From the NCBI GenBank assembly GCA_966675205.1, contig CBKWLJ010000059.1:1-26555 (forward strand): a stretch of 26,555 nucleotides of DNA, given 5' to 3'. Of the stretch, positions 25,764 through 26,555 are shown piece after piece. How positions within the stretch are numbered: position 1 is the stretch's first letter; each line of letters begins with the position of its first letter. The position numbers were made by a program, and so were the translations under genes. Below the pieces are notes generated by a model. It searched no databases. It saw nothing but the letters and a program-made list of their open reading frames with translations, and had not been told where the DNA came from. This DNA is from an uncultured bacterium (GTDB lineage Bacteria; Cyanobacteriota; Cyanobacteriia; Cyanobacteriales; Coleofasciculaceae).

Positions 25764-25877
25764 GTTACTATCGGAATAGTATTTTTTTAACGCAAAGGTC
25801 ACAGAGGTTTGCGCTCCAGGAACGCAGAGGTTTTCGAGCAAAATTTCAGTGAATTCCGATGCAAACGGAAATGATAT
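25764..25877. repeat. Right copy of the approx. 113-bp inverted repeat pair
   Basis: See 24042-24154. Together the two copies bracket 24155-25763. Confidence 0.8.
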
Positions 25878-25937
25878 AACAAGAGAGCGAGAAACGGCTG
25901 GCTAGAGAATTAGCGCAATGGTAGACCTTGCTTCGTG

Positions 25938-26555
25938 TTATTTGTCTTCTGTTGCAGTCTTGTCACGCAAGTGAGAGGCTGCTAACTGGGTGATTTGTTT
26001 AATGGCGGCCAAATCAGGAGGTTGAATTTGGCTATCCATCCCCAGCCAAAGTAGATATTCGATATTGCCAGCAGGGCCAGTCAGGGGCGACCAAGTTAAG
26101 CCTTTGTACATCCAACCTAACGGTTGAGCGGCTTGTAAAACTTGTGCGATCGCATTAGCATGATCACTAGGGTCACGCACTACACCTTTTTTCCCCACCC
26201 GTTCACGCCCCACTTCAAACTGAGGCTTCACCAGCAACACTACCTCACGCGGCGGTTGCAGCAGATTCCACAACGCCTCCAGAATTTTCGTCAGGGAAAT
26301 AAACGAGACATCGACAACCCCTAAATCCGCATATCCTTCTGTTATCTCCCCCCCATGATCAGCAGGGGTTAGGGGGGATACCTCACCATACAACTGTGCC
26401 GGTTGCAGATAGCGAATATTCGTCCGTTCTTTCAAAATTACTCGTTCATCATTTCGCAGATTCCAGGCAACTTGCCCATAACCCACATCAACACCGTAAA
26501 CTCGTTTTGCCCCAGCTTGCAGCAAGCAGTCGGTAAAACCTCCTGTAGAAATGCC
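25938..26555 (-). CDS. tlyA: TlyA-family rRNA (cytidine-2'-O)-methyltransferase, 3' portion (N-terminus beyond window end)
   Basis: The frame stays open to the window edge (GISTGGFTDCLLQAGAKRVYGVDVGYGQVAWNLRND...), which covers the SAM-binding GxSTGGFTD motif and the FtsJ-like fold typical of TlyA. The N-terminal S4 domain would lie upstream, outside the window. Confidence 0.8.
   Translation of the reverse strand, partial: GISTGGFTDCLLQAGAKRVYGVDVGYGQVAWNLRNDERVILKERTNIRYLQPAQLYGEVSPLTPADHGGEITEGYADLGVVDVSFISLTKILEALWNLLQPPREVVLLVKPQFEVGRERVGKKGVVRDPSDHANAIAQVLQAAQPLGWMYKGLTWSPLTGPAGNIEYLLWLGMDSQIQPPDLAAIKQITQLAASHLRDKTATEDK

Noticed and set aside
1-26555. tRNA, rRNA, tmRNA or RNase P RNA genes
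   Set aside because: I found no cloverleaf-compatible sequence with a GTTCRANYC T-loop and no conserved RNase P or tmRNA blocks on manual inspection. Confirmation needs tRNAscan/Infernal.

Overview
This 26.5-kb window reads as chromosomal DNA from a filamentous, probably heterocyst-forming, cyanobacterium. The HIP1 octamer GCGATCGC recurs more than 20 times, including inside most genes, and there are STRR-like heptanucleotide tandem repeats. I found no rRNA, tRNA, CRISPR array, transposase or integrase.

Gene content (14 protein-coding genes, two of them cut by the window edges):
- A translationally coupled pair encoding a winged-helix protein and a pol-beta-fold nucleotidyltransferase (AbiE-like architecture, the NTase running off the 5' edge).
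- A PcrA/UvrD-type DNA helicase.
- A full-length, eukaryote-like major vault protein (MVP, 892 aa) that appears to be a single-gene unit.
- A CheY-like single-domain response regulator.
- A stand-alone MHYT-domain membrane protein immediately downstream of a 980-aa methyl-accepting chemotaxis protein (dCache-like periplasmic region, HAMP, GAF, MCP signalling domain).
- A class-V PLP-dependent aminotransferase.
- A 988-aa right-handed beta-helix / PMP-repeat protein with no signal peptide.
- Dephospho-CoA kinase, an ALDH3-type aldehyde dehydrogenase, and a G-domain GTPase with a glycine-zipper C-terminus.
- Two unknown genes (289 aa membrane-anchored; 83 aa internally duplicated) enclosed by a pair of about 113-bp inverted repeats.
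- The 3' part of a TlyA-type rRNA 2'-O-methyltransferase gene at the 3' edge.

Non-coding content is unusually extensive: intergenic tracts of 0.8 to 1.5 kb, heptamer tandem repeats that contain the stop codon of the upstream gene, a dispersed 14-mer (GAATTCGGAATTCG), and a dispersed hairpin-containing repeat of about 60 nt.

The most striking element is the MVP gene. It is colinear with animal MVP across the repeat, shoulder, cap-helix and cap-ring regions, yet it carries HIP1 sites, which argues for long residence in a cyanobacterial genome.
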